Shown here one piece after another: positions 18,495 to 28,785 of a stretch of DNA of 64,000 nucleotides; within the stretch, counting starts at the first letter, position 1; every line of letters begins with the position of its first letter. The notes under the pieces are model-generated. The model was not told the DNA's origin. It did no database searches and worked only from the letters and a program-made list of their open reading frames with translations. This stretch comes from an uncultured bacterium (lineage in GTDB: Bacteria; Fermentibacterota; Fermentibacteria; Fermentibacterales; JCC-6): contig CAZSKU010000008.1 in NCBI GenBank assembly GCA_964607515.1, forward strand, positions 149 through 64,148. Direction: 5' to 3'. Made by a program: the position numbers and the translations under genes.

Positions 18495-20699
18495 TCAGCT
18501 GGAGGGAATGTCGCTGTCTTTACGGTAGGAGTACCTATAGCGGTACGTATAGTAGTTGATGCCCGAATAGCCCCTGTCAGGCTCGTAGCCGTTGAGCACC
18601 GCCCCGGCCATGTGGCAGCCGGTGCGTTCCATCTTCTGCCACACCGTGGCCACCACCTTGGTCTGCACCTCGCCGGCCCTGGTCACCAGAAGGACCGTGT
18701 CCACCGAGGGCGCCATGACCATGGCGTCCGTAACCAACGCTACCGGCGGAGCGTCAACGATTACCATGTCGAACCTGGGCAGGAATGTGTCGAAAAAGCT
18801 GGAGGCCGAGGCGGCCCCCACAAGTTCCGCGGGATTGTGAGGGAGATGGCCGCTTGGAAGCAGGAAGAGGTTCGGCTCGATGGTCTCGTAGACCGCCTCG
18901 TCCATCTCCGCCCTGCCCGCCACCAGCTCGGTGAAGCCCGGCTGTTTCGAGAGGCCGAACACCTTGTGGAGCACCGGCCGTCTCAGGTCGCAGTCCACCA
19001 GGAGGACCTTCCTTCCGGTCCTGGCCTCCGCCACGGAGAGGTTGGCGGCGGTGGTGGACTTGCCCTCCTGGGGACCGCAACTGGTTATCAGAAGCTTGCG
19101 GACCCCCTCCCCCACCTTGACGAAATCAAGGCTGGTCCTGAGGTCCCGGAAGGCCTCGGAGTCGGGGGAAACGGGTTTGTCCACCAGGACGATGTTCACC
19201 ATGTCCTTCCTGGCGGTTGTGTTCCGGGGAATCACCCCGATCACCGGTATCCCGAGTTTCTCCAGCTGGTCGGGGGTACGGACGCTAACGTCCAGCTGGT
19301 GCAGCAGGAATACCACCCCTACTCCCAGGGCAAGTCCCACCAGAAGCCCCATCATAAGGTTCCTCTGGGTGGTCGGGAGTATCATTATTCCCGGAAGGGC
19401 TGTGTCTATGATGGTGACGTTGCCCATCTGCCCAACTTCTGCGATCCTCACCTCCTCGAACTTGGTCCTGAGGAGGATGTAGATATTCTCGCTGACGGTC
19501 CGGTTCCTCTCCAGACGAGCCAGCTCGTACTCCATCTCAGGAAGCCCCTCCAACCCGGTCTCCAGCTGCCGCACATGGGTCTCCAGGGCGCCGGCCCGGG
19601 CGGAGGCGGTCCGGTAGTCCGCCTCGGCTTCCACCAGGGCTGAAACCATGTGGTCAACCGCCCCGGCGGGGTCCACCGGGTAACCGATTCCCGATGCCTC
19701 CCGGAGGGCAAGGGCCAGTTCGGCGGAGTATCCCTCGATGCTCCTCTGAATCTCCAGCACCGCCGGGGAGTCGCTCCCGGCGCCCTGGGCCATCAGAGCA
19801 GCCCTGGAGGCTTCCAGCCTGGAGATGTTCGCCTGAAGGGTGACTATGAGTTCGCTGTTGGCGCTCTCGAGATCCGATACCAGGCTTCCCCTCTGAAGTT
19901 CCAACTGCTGGGCCAGGTAGTTCCGGCGGACCGCCGCGGCCCTGGCTTCCGTGGTTGCCCCGGCGACCTCGCTCTGGAATGAGGCCAGGGTGGTGATCAG
20001 GTTCCGGGACTCGGTGCTCAGGTCCACCACCCCGTGCTGTTCCTTGAAGAGTCTCAGCTCCTCTTCCGCCGCCTCCAGCTCGGTGGTGATCTGCCCGAGC
20101 TGCGTTTCCAGAAAGACCCTGACCTGGCGGTTCTCACCCCGGGCCTGGCTCTGGCTCCACCTGTAGTAAACGTTCACGGTCAGATTGGCCAGGACCGCTG
20201 AAGCCTCGGGGCTGTACCCGACCGCGGAGAGGGAGAAGAAGTCGGTGTCCTTGATCCAGCTCACGGAGATGTTCGAGGAGACCAGCCCCACCAGGCTGTG
20301 CCTCAGGTAGGGCGCCGCAGGAGGTGAACCGTGGAAGAGCACCGCCACCACGCTGTCCGCCGCGGGGGACCGGAGGATGGAGTCCGCCACCAGCTCCGCC
20401 ATGGATCTGCTCCTGATGAGGTGGATCTGGTTGTTTCTAACCGCGTCGAGTTGGAACCAGAGAGTGCCGGGCATGTCCAGGGTCCGGGACATGGCGTTCT
20501 CCATGTTGTACAGAAAACTGGCGTTGGAGCTGTAGACCGGGCGGGTGCGGGCGGTTATCCAGAAGGCGCCCAGAAGCCCCAGGCAGACACCGGCCAGGAT
20601 TATCCACTTGCCCCGTCGGATCAGCCAGAGGTACTCCTGAAGGTTTATCCCCTCGCCCTCCTGGGGAAGGCCGGGCTGCCCCAGGGCCACGCCCCTCAC
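18495..20699 (-). CDS. polysaccharide co-polymerase / tyrosine autokinase (Wzc/EpsAB-like)
   Basis: Wzz chain-length domain, long coiled coil, Walker A SCGPQEGKSTTAANLS, C-terminal Tyr cluster YYTYRYRYSYRK; start ambiguous (GTG 20699 in GTGA overlap vs upstream 20771). Confidence 0.8.
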   Translation of the reverse strand: MRGVALGQPGLPQEGEGINLQEYLWLIRRGKWIILAGVCLGLLGAFWITARTRPVYSSNASFLYNMENAMSRTLDMPGTLWFQLDAVRNNQIHLIRSRSMAELVADSILRSPAADSVVAVLFHGSPPAAPYLRHSLVGLVSSNISVSWIKDTDFFSLSAVGYSPEASAVLANLTVNVYYRWSQSQARGENRQVRVFLETQLGQITTELEAAEEELRLFKEQHGVVDLSTESRNLITTLASFQSEVAGATTEARAAAVRRNYLAQQLELQRGSLVSDLESANSELIVTLQANISRLEASRAALMAQGAGSDSPAVLEIQRSIEGYSAELALALREASGIGYPVDPAGAVDHMVSALVEAEADYRTASARAGALETHVRQLETGLEGLPEMEYELARLERNRTVSENIYILLRTKFEEVRIAEVGQMGNVTIIDTALPGIMILPTTQRNLMMGLLVGLALGVGVVFLLHQLDVSVRTPDQLEKLGIPVIGVIPRNTTARKDMVNIVLVDKPVSPDSEAFRDLRTSLDFVKVGEGVRKLLITSCGPQEGKSTTAANLSVAEARTGRKVLLVDCDLRRPVLHKVFGLSKQPGFTELVAGRAEMDEAVYETIEPNLFLLPSGHLPHNPAELVGAASASSFFDTFLPRFDMVIVDAPPVALVTDAMVMAPSVDTVLLVTRAGEVQTKVVATVWQKMERTGCHMAGAVLNGYEPDRGYSGINYYTYRYRYSYRKDSDIPSS

Positions 20700-21112
20700 T
20701 GGGTGACCACCAGGATCAGGTTGACCGCGACTATGAGCTTGTAGGTGAAGTCGATGACGTCCTTCCACCACTCGTAGTTGCTTCGACCGACGAAAACCGT
20801 CACGTCGGGCTCCATGGCGGGAACCGTTTCACCCCGCCCCTCGAGGTAGGCTCTCAGGTCGTAATCGCTCTGGAAGTCGCGGTAGACGATTCGAACGTCT
20901 CCCAGGTCCGCCTGGGGGGTCGGCCCCCCGGCGGCGCTGAGAGCCGCGATAAGATCACCGTTCCATGGGATCCGGTGGGCTCCCGGAGCCCTCACCTCGC
21001 CCCATACGTTCACCGTCATGGTGACCTGCTCGGTGTCCACCCCGGGCACTATGTACCCGCTCCCTGAGGACGGGATCTGGGCAAGGATGGAAACAACAAG
21101 AAGCAGGATCAC
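20696..21112 (-). CDS. miniature polysaccharide export (Wza/SLBB-like) protein, 138 aa
   Basis: Signal-like N-terminus, one SLBB-like segment (VWGEVRAPGAHRIPWNGDLIAALSAAGG), C-terminal hydrophobic helix; GTGA overlaps on both sides. Confidence 0.55.
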   Translation of the reverse strand: MILLLVVSILAQIPSSGSGYIVPGVDTEQVTMTVNVWGEVRAPGAHRIPWNGDLIAALSAAGGPTPQADLGDVRIVYRDFQSDYDLRAYLEGRGETVPAMEPDVTVFVGRSNYEWWKDVIDFTYKLIVAVNLILVVTQ

Positions 21113-22428
21113 GCCTTGAATACCTTTTCCTTCCCCCGGACCACCCCGGAGCAGGCGTTCCTGGTGTCCACCACTATCCGGCTGTGGTCCACGATCCACT
21201 GCCAGTCGTAGCAGGAGTGATCCGTGATCACCACCGCGCAATCATACCCGGCCAGAGCCTCAGGGGACAGCTCCACCCCCACCGGCTGCCGGGTGGTCTG
21301 CCTGGTGGACGGGGGAATCCGGGGGACGTAGGGGTCGTTGTAGTCCACTACCGCGCCCCGGGCAATGAGGTTCTCCATCACCTTGATCGCCGGAGTCTCC
21401 CGGTAGTCGTCGATGTCGGGTTTGTATGCCATGCCGAGGATCAGGACCCTGCTTCCGTTCACCGGTTTCCGATGGGCGTTCAGGGCCTCGGCCACCCTCT
21501 CCACCACGAACTCCGGCATGGATGTGTTGATCTCTCCCGCCAGCTCGATGAACCTTGTGGGCATCTCGTACTGCCTGGCCTTCCAGGTCAGGTAGAACGG
21601 GTCTATGGGTATGCAGTGCCCTCCCAGCCCCGGCCCCGGATAGAACGGCGTGAAACCGAAGGGTTTCGAGGAGGCAGCCTGGATGACCTCCCATATGTCG
21701 ATTCCCATCCTGTGCGCCAGAACCTTCAGCTCGTTCACCAGAGCGATGTTGACGGCCCGGTATGTGTTTTCTGTGATCTTGGCCATCTCCGCCACCTCCG
21801 GAGAACTCACCGGGATCACGGTGTCTATGGCGAAGGAGTAGACGAACTCCGCGGCTTCCGTGCACCCGGGGGTCAGCCCCCCCACCAGCTTCGGGATGGT
21901 CCGTGTCCTGAAACTGGGGTTCCCCGGGTCCTCCCTCTCCGGCGAGAATGCAACGTGGAAGTCCTTGCCCGCCTTGAGACCGCCGGATTCGAGCACCGGG
22001 ACCACCTCGTCCCGGGTGGTGCCTGGATAGGTGGTGGACTCCAGGACCACCAGCTGCCCCCTCTGAAGTACCGCCGCCGCGGCCCGGCATGAGTTGAGCA
22101 CGAAGCTCAGGTCTGGCTGCCGGTGGTTTCCCAGGGGAGTCGGAACGGCGATGATTACCGCGTCGGCGCCGGCCAGGAGAGAGAAGTCGGTGGAGGAAGT
22201 CAGAAGGCCGGTATTCACCGCCTCCGCGACCCTTCCGTCGGGTATGTGCTTGAGATAGCTCCTTTTCGCGGCTAGGAGCCTCGGTTTATCCGGGTCGATG
22301 TCCACGCCGATCACCGGGCACCCGCCCAGGGCGAACTCCATGGCCAGAGGAAGCCCCACGTATCCCAGGCCGATTACTCCAACCACGGGATTCCCCCGCC
22401 CGCCAAGCCTCTCCCTGAAAGCGCTCAC
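21109..22428 (-). CDS. nucleotide-sugar dehydrogenase (WecC/WbpA/TviB family, UDP-HexNAc dehydrogenase)
   Basis: GLGYVGLPLA Rossmann fold, catalytic GGHCIP motif, 439 aa. Confidence 0.8.
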   Translation of the reverse strand: MSAFRERLGGRGNPVVGVIGLGYVGLPLAMEFALGGCPVIGVDIDPDKPRLLAAKRSYLKHIPDGRVAEAVNTGLLTSSTDFSLLAGADAVIIAVPTPLGNHRQPDLSFVLNSCRAAAAVLQRGQLVVLESTTYPGTTRDEVVPVLESGGLKAGKDFHVAFSPEREDPGNPSFRTRTIPKLVGGLTPGCTEAAEFVYSFAIDTVIPVSSPEVAEMAKITENTYRAVNIALVNELKVLAHRMGIDIWEVIQAASSKPFGFTPFYPGPGLGGHCIPIDPFYLTWKARQYEMPTRFIELAGEINTSMPEFVVERVAEALNAHRKPVNGSRVLILGMAYKPDIDDYRETPAIKVMENLIARGAVVDYNDPYVPRIPPSTRQTTRQPVGVELSPEALAGYDCAVVITDHSCYDWQWIVDHSRIVVDTRNACSGVVRGKEKVFKA

Positions 22429-22429
22429 C

Positions 22430-23731
22430 TCAGCCCCTTCCGATGCAGTGGTAGGTGAATCCCATGTCCCGAAGCTTCCCGGGATTCCAGATGTTCCTTC
22501 CGTCGAAGACCACCTTCCTTCTCATCAGGCCTGACATCCTGTCGAAGTCGGGCTCCCTGAATTCGGTCCATTCCGTTACCAGGACCAGGGCGTCCGCACC
22601 CTCCAGAGCCGAGTAACCTGTTGAGAAGTACCGGATCCTGTCGCCGAGAATCCTTCGGGCGTAGTCCATGGCCTCCGGGTCGTACGCCTGCACCCGGGCT
22701 CCCATGGCGAGAAGGTCTTCGATGATTACCAGAGAAGGGGCGTCCCTCATGTCGTCGGTGTTCGGCTTGAATGAAAGGCCCCAGAGGGCGAAGGTGAGCC
22801 GGGAAAGGTCCGTTCCGAATTCCCGGACTATCTTGGCTCCCAGAACCTTCTTCTGCAGTTCGTTCACCTCGGTAACCGCATCCAGGATCTTCAGGGGGTA
22901 TCCGTGCTCCATTGCGGTGTGCCTGAGCGCCTTGACGTCCTTGGGAAAGCAGCTGCCGCCGTACCCGACCCCCGGGAAGATGAAATGGGGCCCTATCCTG
23001 GAGTCGCTGCCGATGCCCCGGCGGATGTCGTGAACATCGGCGCCGACGATGTCGCAGAGGTTGGCTATCTCGTTGATGAAACTGATCTTGGTTGCCAGCA
23101 GGCTGTTGGCCACGTACTTGGTGAGTTCGGCGGAACGGTTGCTCATCACGTAGATGGGGTTGTTGGTCCTTACGAAGGGCTGGTACAACTCCTTCATCAC
23201 CTCGGCGGTCTCCGGAGAGTCGGTTCCTATCACCACCCTGTCGGGCTTCATGAAGTCGTCTATGGCGTCACCCTCTTTGAGGAACTCGGGGTTGCTCACC
23301 ACGCTCACCGGTTGATCGGTGTGCCGGAGTATCTCATCCCGGACCCGCTCAGCGGTGCCCACGGGAACGGTGCTCTTGTTCACAACGATCCTGGGGCCGT
23401 CCATGTGGCGCCCGATCTCCGCAGCCACCGCCAGCACATGCTGAAGGTCGGCGCTGCCGTCCTCGTCCGGCGGAGTGCCCACGGCTATGAAGATGATGCT
23501 GCTGGCCAGCACCGCCGAAGCGGTGCTCTCGGTGAAAGAGAGGCGGCCCTCCTTCACGTTCCTCTCCACCAGGGAGTCCAGCCCTGGTTCGTATATCGGC
23601 ATCACCCCCCGGCGAAGGCTTTCGACTTTTTTCCTGTCGTTGTCGGCGCAGACCACCGAGTTGCCCATTTCAGCCAGGCAGGCGGCCGCCACAAGCCCCA
23701 CGTATCCGCTGCCGATCACTGCGATCTTCAT
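22430..23731 (-). CDS. ugd: UDP-glucose 6-dehydrogenase
   Basis: MKIAVIGSGYVGLV, GGSCFPKD; start at MKIAV with GGAGGA RBS. Confidence 0.85.
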   Translation of the reverse strand: MKIAVIGSGYVGLVAAACLAEMGNSVVCADNDRKKVESLRRGVMPIYEPGLDSLVERNVKEGRLSFTESTASAVLASSIIFIAVGTPPDEDGSADLQHVLAVAAEIGRHMDGPRIVVNKSTVPVGTAERVRDEILRHTDQPVSVVSNPEFLKEGDAIDDFMKPDRVVIGTDSPETAEVMKELYQPFVRTNNPIYVMSNRSAELTKYVANSLLATKISFINEIANLCDIVGADVHDIRRGIGSDSRIGPHFIFPGVGYGGSCFPKDVKALRHTAMEHGYPLKILDAVTEVNELQKKVLGAKIVREFGTDLSRLTFALWGLSFKPNTDDMRDAPSLVIIEDLLAMGARVQAYDPEAMDYARRILGDRIRYFSTGYSALEGADALVLVTEWTEFREPDFDRMSGLMRRKVVFDGRNIWNPGKLRDMGFTYHCIGRG

Positions 23732-23823
23732 TTTTCCTCCATGTGGAAGGAGATGCTCCAATCCCTTCGAAGGGTATCAAATTGAGAATAACCAACCCTG
23801 AATCGGCTGTAAAGGATATTCCC

Positions 23824-25713
23824 TCAACGCCCGGAAGACGGGCACAACCGCCTGATTTCCCCCTGTCTTCGGGTAAGCCCCCGGTTATCCATGATCTCGG
23901 CCCACATCAGGGCGAACTTCCTGCTGACGCCCAACGCCTCCCGGAATTCTCCAAGCCGGAACTCCCCTTCCCCGAAGGCTTCCCTGGCGATTTCCTCCAC
24001 CCTGGTGAGCATTCCGGGGGTGGTTACCAGGTCCTCCTCCAGGGTGAAGACCATCTCCCGGGCGGCCAGGGCCTCCATGTCCTCCCTGCGCACTCCCGGC
24101 AGGGGAAGCGCCGCCCCCTGCAGCCCCGCCGCCTCCACCAGCCCGACGATCCTTCGGGCCTCCGCCAGAAGCTCTCCGGAGAGATCCGCGGGAACCGCCG
24201 AGGACGCTATGAAATCGCCCCGCCTGACCAGGACTCCCTCCTCCATCAGTCCCTGGAGGACGTACCTGATAAGCCACGATGAGGTTCCCTGGGGAAGTCT
24301 TCTGGCCAGCCCCGCCGACGGCACCCCGGGGGCCAGGGGGACCGTCCGGTGCAGGGATTCCACGGCGCCGGCAACCTTCCTCCTCATGTCCGCCGCAAGG
24401 GTCGCCAGCAGAAGCCTGTCGCTCTTGCCGTCCACCGTCCTCTCGGCCCTTCCGTCATCCACCAGCCGCAGGGCGGCCATGGACGTTTCGCCGGGATCGC
24501 TTCCCGACGATGCGCAGAAATCACCGATGACTACCGAGCCCTCCGGGCTGTCCTCCATGGCTTCCATAAGAACGTCCGCCAGGTCCCCCCGGCTGAGTAC
24601 CTCCAGGTGGGTCAGCCTCACCTCCCGAAACCGCGCCCTCACCTTCGGGGTGCCGGTGTCCAGGACCACTCCGCCGCCCATGGTGAGCACGGGAGAATAC
24701 CTGCGGAAGACGAACCGGTCTCCCGGAACCGCCACCACCGGCTGCTCCAGCTGGAAGTGCACGAAGCCCTCGCCTCCCCTGGGTATCGGCGACCCTTCCA
24801 CGGGGATGGCCCTGGCCATGACCTCGGCGGTTCCCAGGTGAATCCTGACCCTCTGCCTGGGATGAAGGTCCACCTCCCCGGGAAGGACGGTGCACCGGGT
24901 GTCGAGGCTGGTGAGCGCCCGAAGCCATCCCGGTTCTCCCACCATGGCTCCCCTCTGGACATCTTCCTTGTCCAGCCCGGTAAGGTTCAGGGCTATCCTG
25001 TCGCCCGCAGCTCCCGAGGCGGCCTTCCGGTGGTCGTTCACCCCCAGCTCCCGCACCCTGTACTGACCCCCTCCCGGCTGGATCTCGACGGTGTCTCCCG
25101 GTTTCACCACCCCCGACAAGCCTGTGCCGCACACCACCGTGCCGAATCCCTTCATGCTGAACACCCGGTCCACCGGCAGCCGGAACCTGCCCTCGGAGCT
25201 TCTGGTCCGCACTCCATGGACCATCCTGAAGATCTCCTCCCTCAGGAGTTCCAGCCCCTGCCCCGTCACCACCGAAACCCTCACCACCGGAGCGTCCTGG
25301 GCCGGCGTTCCCCGAAGGGCCTCCCTGACCTCCTCCTCCGCAAGTTCCTGAAGGTCGGCGTCCACCAGGTCGCACTTGGACAGAGCCACCATGCCCCGGT
25401 TCACCTCCAGGAGTCTCAGTATGTCAAGGTGTTCCCTGGTCTGGGGCATGACACCCTCGTCGGCGCTCACCACCAGGAGGAAACAGTCAACGGTGGACAC
25501 CCCGGCGACCATTGTGCGGATGAACTTCTCATGGCCGGGAACGTCTATGAAACTCACGGAGTCGCCCTCCGGGCTCTCCATGAATACGTAGCCCAGTTCG
25601 ATGGTTATCCCCCGCTGCTTCTCCTCCTTGAGCCGGTCCGGATCCCTTCCCGTGAGGGCCAGCATCAGGCTGCTCTTGCCGTGATCTATGTGGCCGGCGG
25701 TGCCGACGATCAC
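23824..25713 (-). CDS. selB: selenocysteine-specific elongation factor SelB
   Basis: GTAGHIDHGKSSL GTPase plus C-terminal winged-helix SECIS-binding region; start inferred GTG at 25713 (GTGA overlap with selA stop). Confidence 0.8.
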   Translation of the reverse strand: MIVGTAGHIDHGKSSLMLALTGRDPDRLKEEKQRGITIELGYVFMESPEGDSVSFIDVPGHEKFIRTMVAGVSTVDCFLLVVSADEGVMPQTREHLDILRLLEVNRGMVALSKCDLVDADLQELAEEEVREALRGTPAQDAPVVRVSVVTGQGLELLREEIFRMVHGVRTRSSEGRFRLPVDRVFSMKGFGTVVCGTGLSGVVKPGDTVEIQPGGGQYRVRELGVNDHRKAASGAAGDRIALNLTGLDKEDVQRGAMVGEPGWLRALTSLDTRCTVLPGEVDLHPRQRVRIHLGTAEVMARAIPVEGSPIPRGGEGFVHFQLEQPVVAVPGDRFVFRRYSPVLTMGGGVVLDTGTPKVRARFREVRLTHLEVLSRGDLADVLMEAMEDSPEGSVVIGDFCASSGSDPGETSMAALRLVDDGRAERTVDGKSDRLLLATLAADMRRKVAGAVESLHRTVPLAPGVPSAGLARRLPQGTSSWLIRYVLQGLMEEGVLVRRGDFIASSAVPADLSGELLAEARRIVGLVEAAGLQGAALPLPGVRREDMEALAAREMVFTLEEDLVTTPGMLTRVEEIAREAFGEGEFRLGEFREALGVSRKFALMWAEIMDNRGLTRRQGEIRRLCPSSGR

Positions 25714-27080
25714 CCCCAAAGCCGCTCCATCTCCCGGTTGAGCCGCAGAACCAGGATGTCCTCCTGCCCCGGCAGAACCGTTCTCATGTCCATCTTGACC
25801 GTGTTCTCCTCCACCCTGACGGCCACCGCCGGGGAACCGCTTCTGAGGGCCAGGGCCAGGCCGTCCGGAGAGGGGCAGGAAAGGCTCACGCCCGCCGAGG
25901 GGATCGGGGTGTCCGGCAGGGCTCCGCTTCCCACATAGCTGCCCATCTCCTCCACCGATGCAGAGCACCCGGAGGGCAGGGAAAGCCGCTGAATCAGCGC
26001 GGCCGCCCGGTCTGCCATCTCCCCGGGCCTGCCGATGAACATGCGGTAGACCGGATGGTGTGCCGCCAGATACGCCGGATCCTCCAGGAAGAGCTTCAGG
26101 GTGGCTTCCAGGCCGGCCAGGGTGAGTTTGCACACCCTGAGGGCCCGGGCCAGGGGATGCTTCCTGATCCTGTCAATGCAGATCTTCGTCCCCAGGAGTA
26201 TGCCCGCCTGGGGTCCGCCTATGAGCTTGTCGCCGGAACAGGTGACCACCGACGCGCCCGCCTGGATGCTCTGCTGCACCGTAGGTTCGTCGGGAAGACC
26301 GAAATTGCCCAGGGGAACCAGGCTTCCGGCCCCGAGGTCGTCTATGACCGGCACGCCCGCCTCCCGGCCGAGAGCCACCAGTTCCGTCAGGGACGGCTCG
26401 CCGGAGAATCCCCTGATCCGGTAGTTGGAGGGGTGGACCCTGAGAATCGCCGCGGTTCTGTCCGATAACGCCTCCCGGTAATCCCTCAGGTGGGTCCTGT
26501 TGGTGCACCCCACCTCCACCATTACGCATCCGCTCTGCCTCATGACCTCCGGTATCCGGAACGCTCCGCCTATTTCCACCAGCTGACCCCGGGACACCAC
26601 CACCTCCCTGCCCGCCGCCATGGATGACAGCACAAGCAGGGTTGCTCCGGCGTTGTTGTTGGCCACTGTGGCGGCCTCTGCTCCGGTGATCCTGGTCAGG
26701 AGTTTCTCGATGTGGGCGTCCCGGTGCCCCCGGCCTCCCGCCTGCCGGTCCCACTGGAGCACAGCGTAGCCGGTGGCCACCCGGGTAATGTTCTCGACGG
26801 CCCCGGCCGGAAGGCATGCCCTTCCCAGGGCAGTATGAAGCACGACCCCGGTGGCGTTCACCACCGAGGCCATTGTGGATGCCACGGCCGACCCGGCCCT
26901 TTCCGCCGCCGCCGCCACGGTGTCCTCCAGGGTGGGGCAGGCCCCTCCGGCCAGAACCTTGTTCCTGGCCTCCTCCACCCCTTCCCTGGCGGCCTCCCTG
27001 GCCACCGAGGGAGGGTATCCCTCCAGACCCTGGATCACCGCATGAACCGGCGGCAACCCCCTGAGACCCCGGTCATCCAT
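25710..27080 (-). CDS. selA: L-seryl-tRNA(Sec) selenium transferase SelA
   Basis: PLP enzyme, full-length similarity pattern to SelA (VVNATGVVLHTALGR..., SGDKLIGGPQAG). Confidence 0.85.
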   Translation of the reverse strand: MDDRGLRGLPPVHAVIQGLEGYPPSVAREAAREGVEEARNKVLAGGACPTLEDTVAAAAERAGSAVASTMASVVNATGVVLHTALGRACLPAGAVENITRVATGYAVLQWDRQAGGRGHRDAHIEKLLTRITGAEAATVANNNAGATLLVLSSMAAGREVVVSRGQLVEIGGAFRIPEVMRQSGCVMVEVGCTNRTHLRDYREALSDRTAAILRVHPSNYRIRGFSGEPSLTELVALGREAGVPVIDDLGAGSLVPLGNFGLPDEPTVQQSIQAGASVVTCSGDKLIGGPQAGILLGTKICIDRIRKHPLARALRVCKLTLAGLEATLKLFLEDPAYLAAHHPVYRMFIGRPGEMADRAAALIQRLSLPSGCSASVEEMGSYVGSGALPDTPIPSAGVSLSCPSPDGLALALRSGSPAVAVRVEENTVKMDMRTVLPGQEDILVLRLNREMERLWG

Positions 27081-27095
27081 GGCAGCCTCCCCGGT

Positions 27096-28136
27096 CTAGG
27101 GCTGGGCCAGATGGGTCCCCAGCATCCTGATGGACTTCTTGGGACACTTCGGGACGCACTGCCCGCAGCCCACGCATTTCTCCGGAACCACTTCGTGCTT
27201 CTGCCTGACCTCCCCCCGGATGGCCCCGGTGGGGCACACCTTGGTGCAGAGGGTGCAGCCGATGCACGTGTTGTCTATGAAGGCCTTGGGTCTGGCCGGC
27301 ACCATGTCCACTATGGCCGAGGTGGGACACTCGCCGGCGCAGATTCCGCAGTTGATGCACTTCGCCGGATCAATGGAAGCCAGGAAACTCTCGATTGTTA
27401 TGGCTTCCACGGGACAAGCCTTGGCGCACTTCCCGCAGCCTATGCACGCCACGGAACAGGCTTTCCTGGCGATCCCGCCCTTGTCCCTGCTGGAGCAGGC
27501 GATTATGACCTTCCTGTCCTCGGGCCACAGGCTGATGATGCCCCTTGGGCAGGCCGACACGCACTTCCCGCACCCCGTGCACTTCTCAGGGATCACCACA
27601 GGCAGACCGTTCTCCCCCATGTAGATGGCGCCGAAGGGACAGGCCGCCACGCAGTCTCCGAACCCGAGACAACCGTACCTGCAGAGTTTGTGCCCCTCCA
27701 TGACGAGAAGCGCAGAGGAGCAGTTCTCCGGCCCCCGGTAGGCGAAGGCGTCCACGGCGCTGTGCCCGCCTCCGCAATGGATCACGGCAACTTTCCTGGC
27801 GCTCTCGTCCACGGCCACCCCGAGGATGGAGGCGATCCTGGCGTTCACACCGGCGCCAGCCGCCACGCACCCCCCGGGGGGAGCCGCTCCGGCGACCACC
27901 GCCTCGGCGAAGGCTGCGCATCCGGGGTATCCGCATCCGCCGCAGTTGGCTCCGGGAAGGATCTCGCCGATCTTCTCGACCCTGGGGTCCTTGGGCACCG
28001 CCAGCTTCTTGGCCGCAAGGGCCAGGCCGAGGCCCAGAAGCAGCCCTATGCCCCCCAGCACGAAGGCCGGAAGGGTCACCGCCGAGCCGGCGTCGGCCCC
28101 CTGCAGTACCCGTACCAGAAGAATGACTGAATTCAT
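27096..28136 (-). CDS. rnfB: Rnf complex subunit B (poly-ferredoxin)
   Basis: N-terminal TM then multiple CxxCxxCxxxCP motifs; start MNSVILLV. Confidence 0.85.
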   Translation of the reverse strand: MNSVILLVRVLQGADAGSAVTLPAFVLGGIGLLLGLGLALAAKKLAVPKDPRVEKIGEILPGANCGGCGYPGCAAFAEAVVAGAAPPGGCVAAGAGVNARIASILGVAVDESARKVAVIHCGGGHSAVDAFAYRGPENCSSALLVMEGHKLCRYGCLGFGDCVAACPFGAIYMGENGLPVVIPEKCTGCGKCVSACPRGIISLWPEDRKVIIACSSRDKGGIARKACSVACIGCGKCAKACPVEAITIESFLASIDPAKCINCGICAGECPTSAIVDMVPARPKAFIDNTCIGCTLCTKVCPTGAIRGEVRQKHEVVPEKCVGCGQCVPKCPKKSIRMLGTHLAQP

Positions 28137-28140
28137 TCCG

Positions 28141-28785
28141 TCACCCCCCCAGCCCGGCGAAGCCGAGGAATGCGATGGACATGGCCCCGGCCATGAGAAA
28201 GGCGATGGGAAGACCCTTGAGAGCCCGCGGCACCGGTGTCTGCTCCAGCCGTTCCCGAAGGCCGGCCATAAGCACCAGGGCCAGGGTGAACCCAATCCCC
28301 GCCGACACGGCATTGATCAGGCTGAACCCGAGGCTGTACTTCTCCTCGATGTTCAGCACGGCAACCCCGAGTATCGCGCAGTTGGTGGTGATCAGGGGCA
28401 GGTAGATTCCCAGGGCCTGGTAAAGGGCCGGGCTGAACTTCTGAAGGATCATCTCCACCAGCTGCACCAGGGCGGCGATTATGATGATGAAGGCTATGGT
28501 CTTCAGGTAGCTGATTCCCAGGGGCACCAGCAGCAGGTTGTACACCGCCCAGCTGCCCAGGGTTGCCAGGGCCATCACGAATATCACCGCGGCCCCCATG
28601 CCGACGGCGCTGTCCAGCTGTTTGGAGACGCCCATGAAGGGGCAGATTCCCAGGAAGCGGCTCAGCACGAAGTTGTTGATGAAGATGGCCCCTATGATGA
28701 TGGTCATCATGGCGCCGAAACTGAACCCGGGCTCCTGGGTTCCGGAAGCCGAGACAAGTATCTCAAGTACCGGGGAGGCGCTCAC
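28141..28785 (-). CDS. rnfA: Rnf complex subunit A
   Basis: [18 protein letters not shown] motif; true start may be the internal MMTIIIG (28710). Confidence 0.85.
   Translation of the reverse strand: MSASPVLEILVSASGTQEPGFSFGAMMTIIIGAIFINNFVLSRFLGICPFMGVSKQLDSAVGMGAAVIFVMALATLGSWAVYNLLLVPLGISYLKTIAFIIIIAALVQLVEMILQKFSPALYQALGIYLPLITTNCAILGVAVLNIEEKYSLGFSLINAVSAGIGFTLALVLMAGLRERLEQTPVPRALKGLPIAFLMAGAMSIAFLGFAGLGG

Noticed and set aside
23732-23823. Possible tRNA-Sec (selC) next to selB
   Set aside because: Only 92 nt; no acceptor/T-arm pairing pattern, just a 12-nt palindrome and AT-rich promoter-like DNA.
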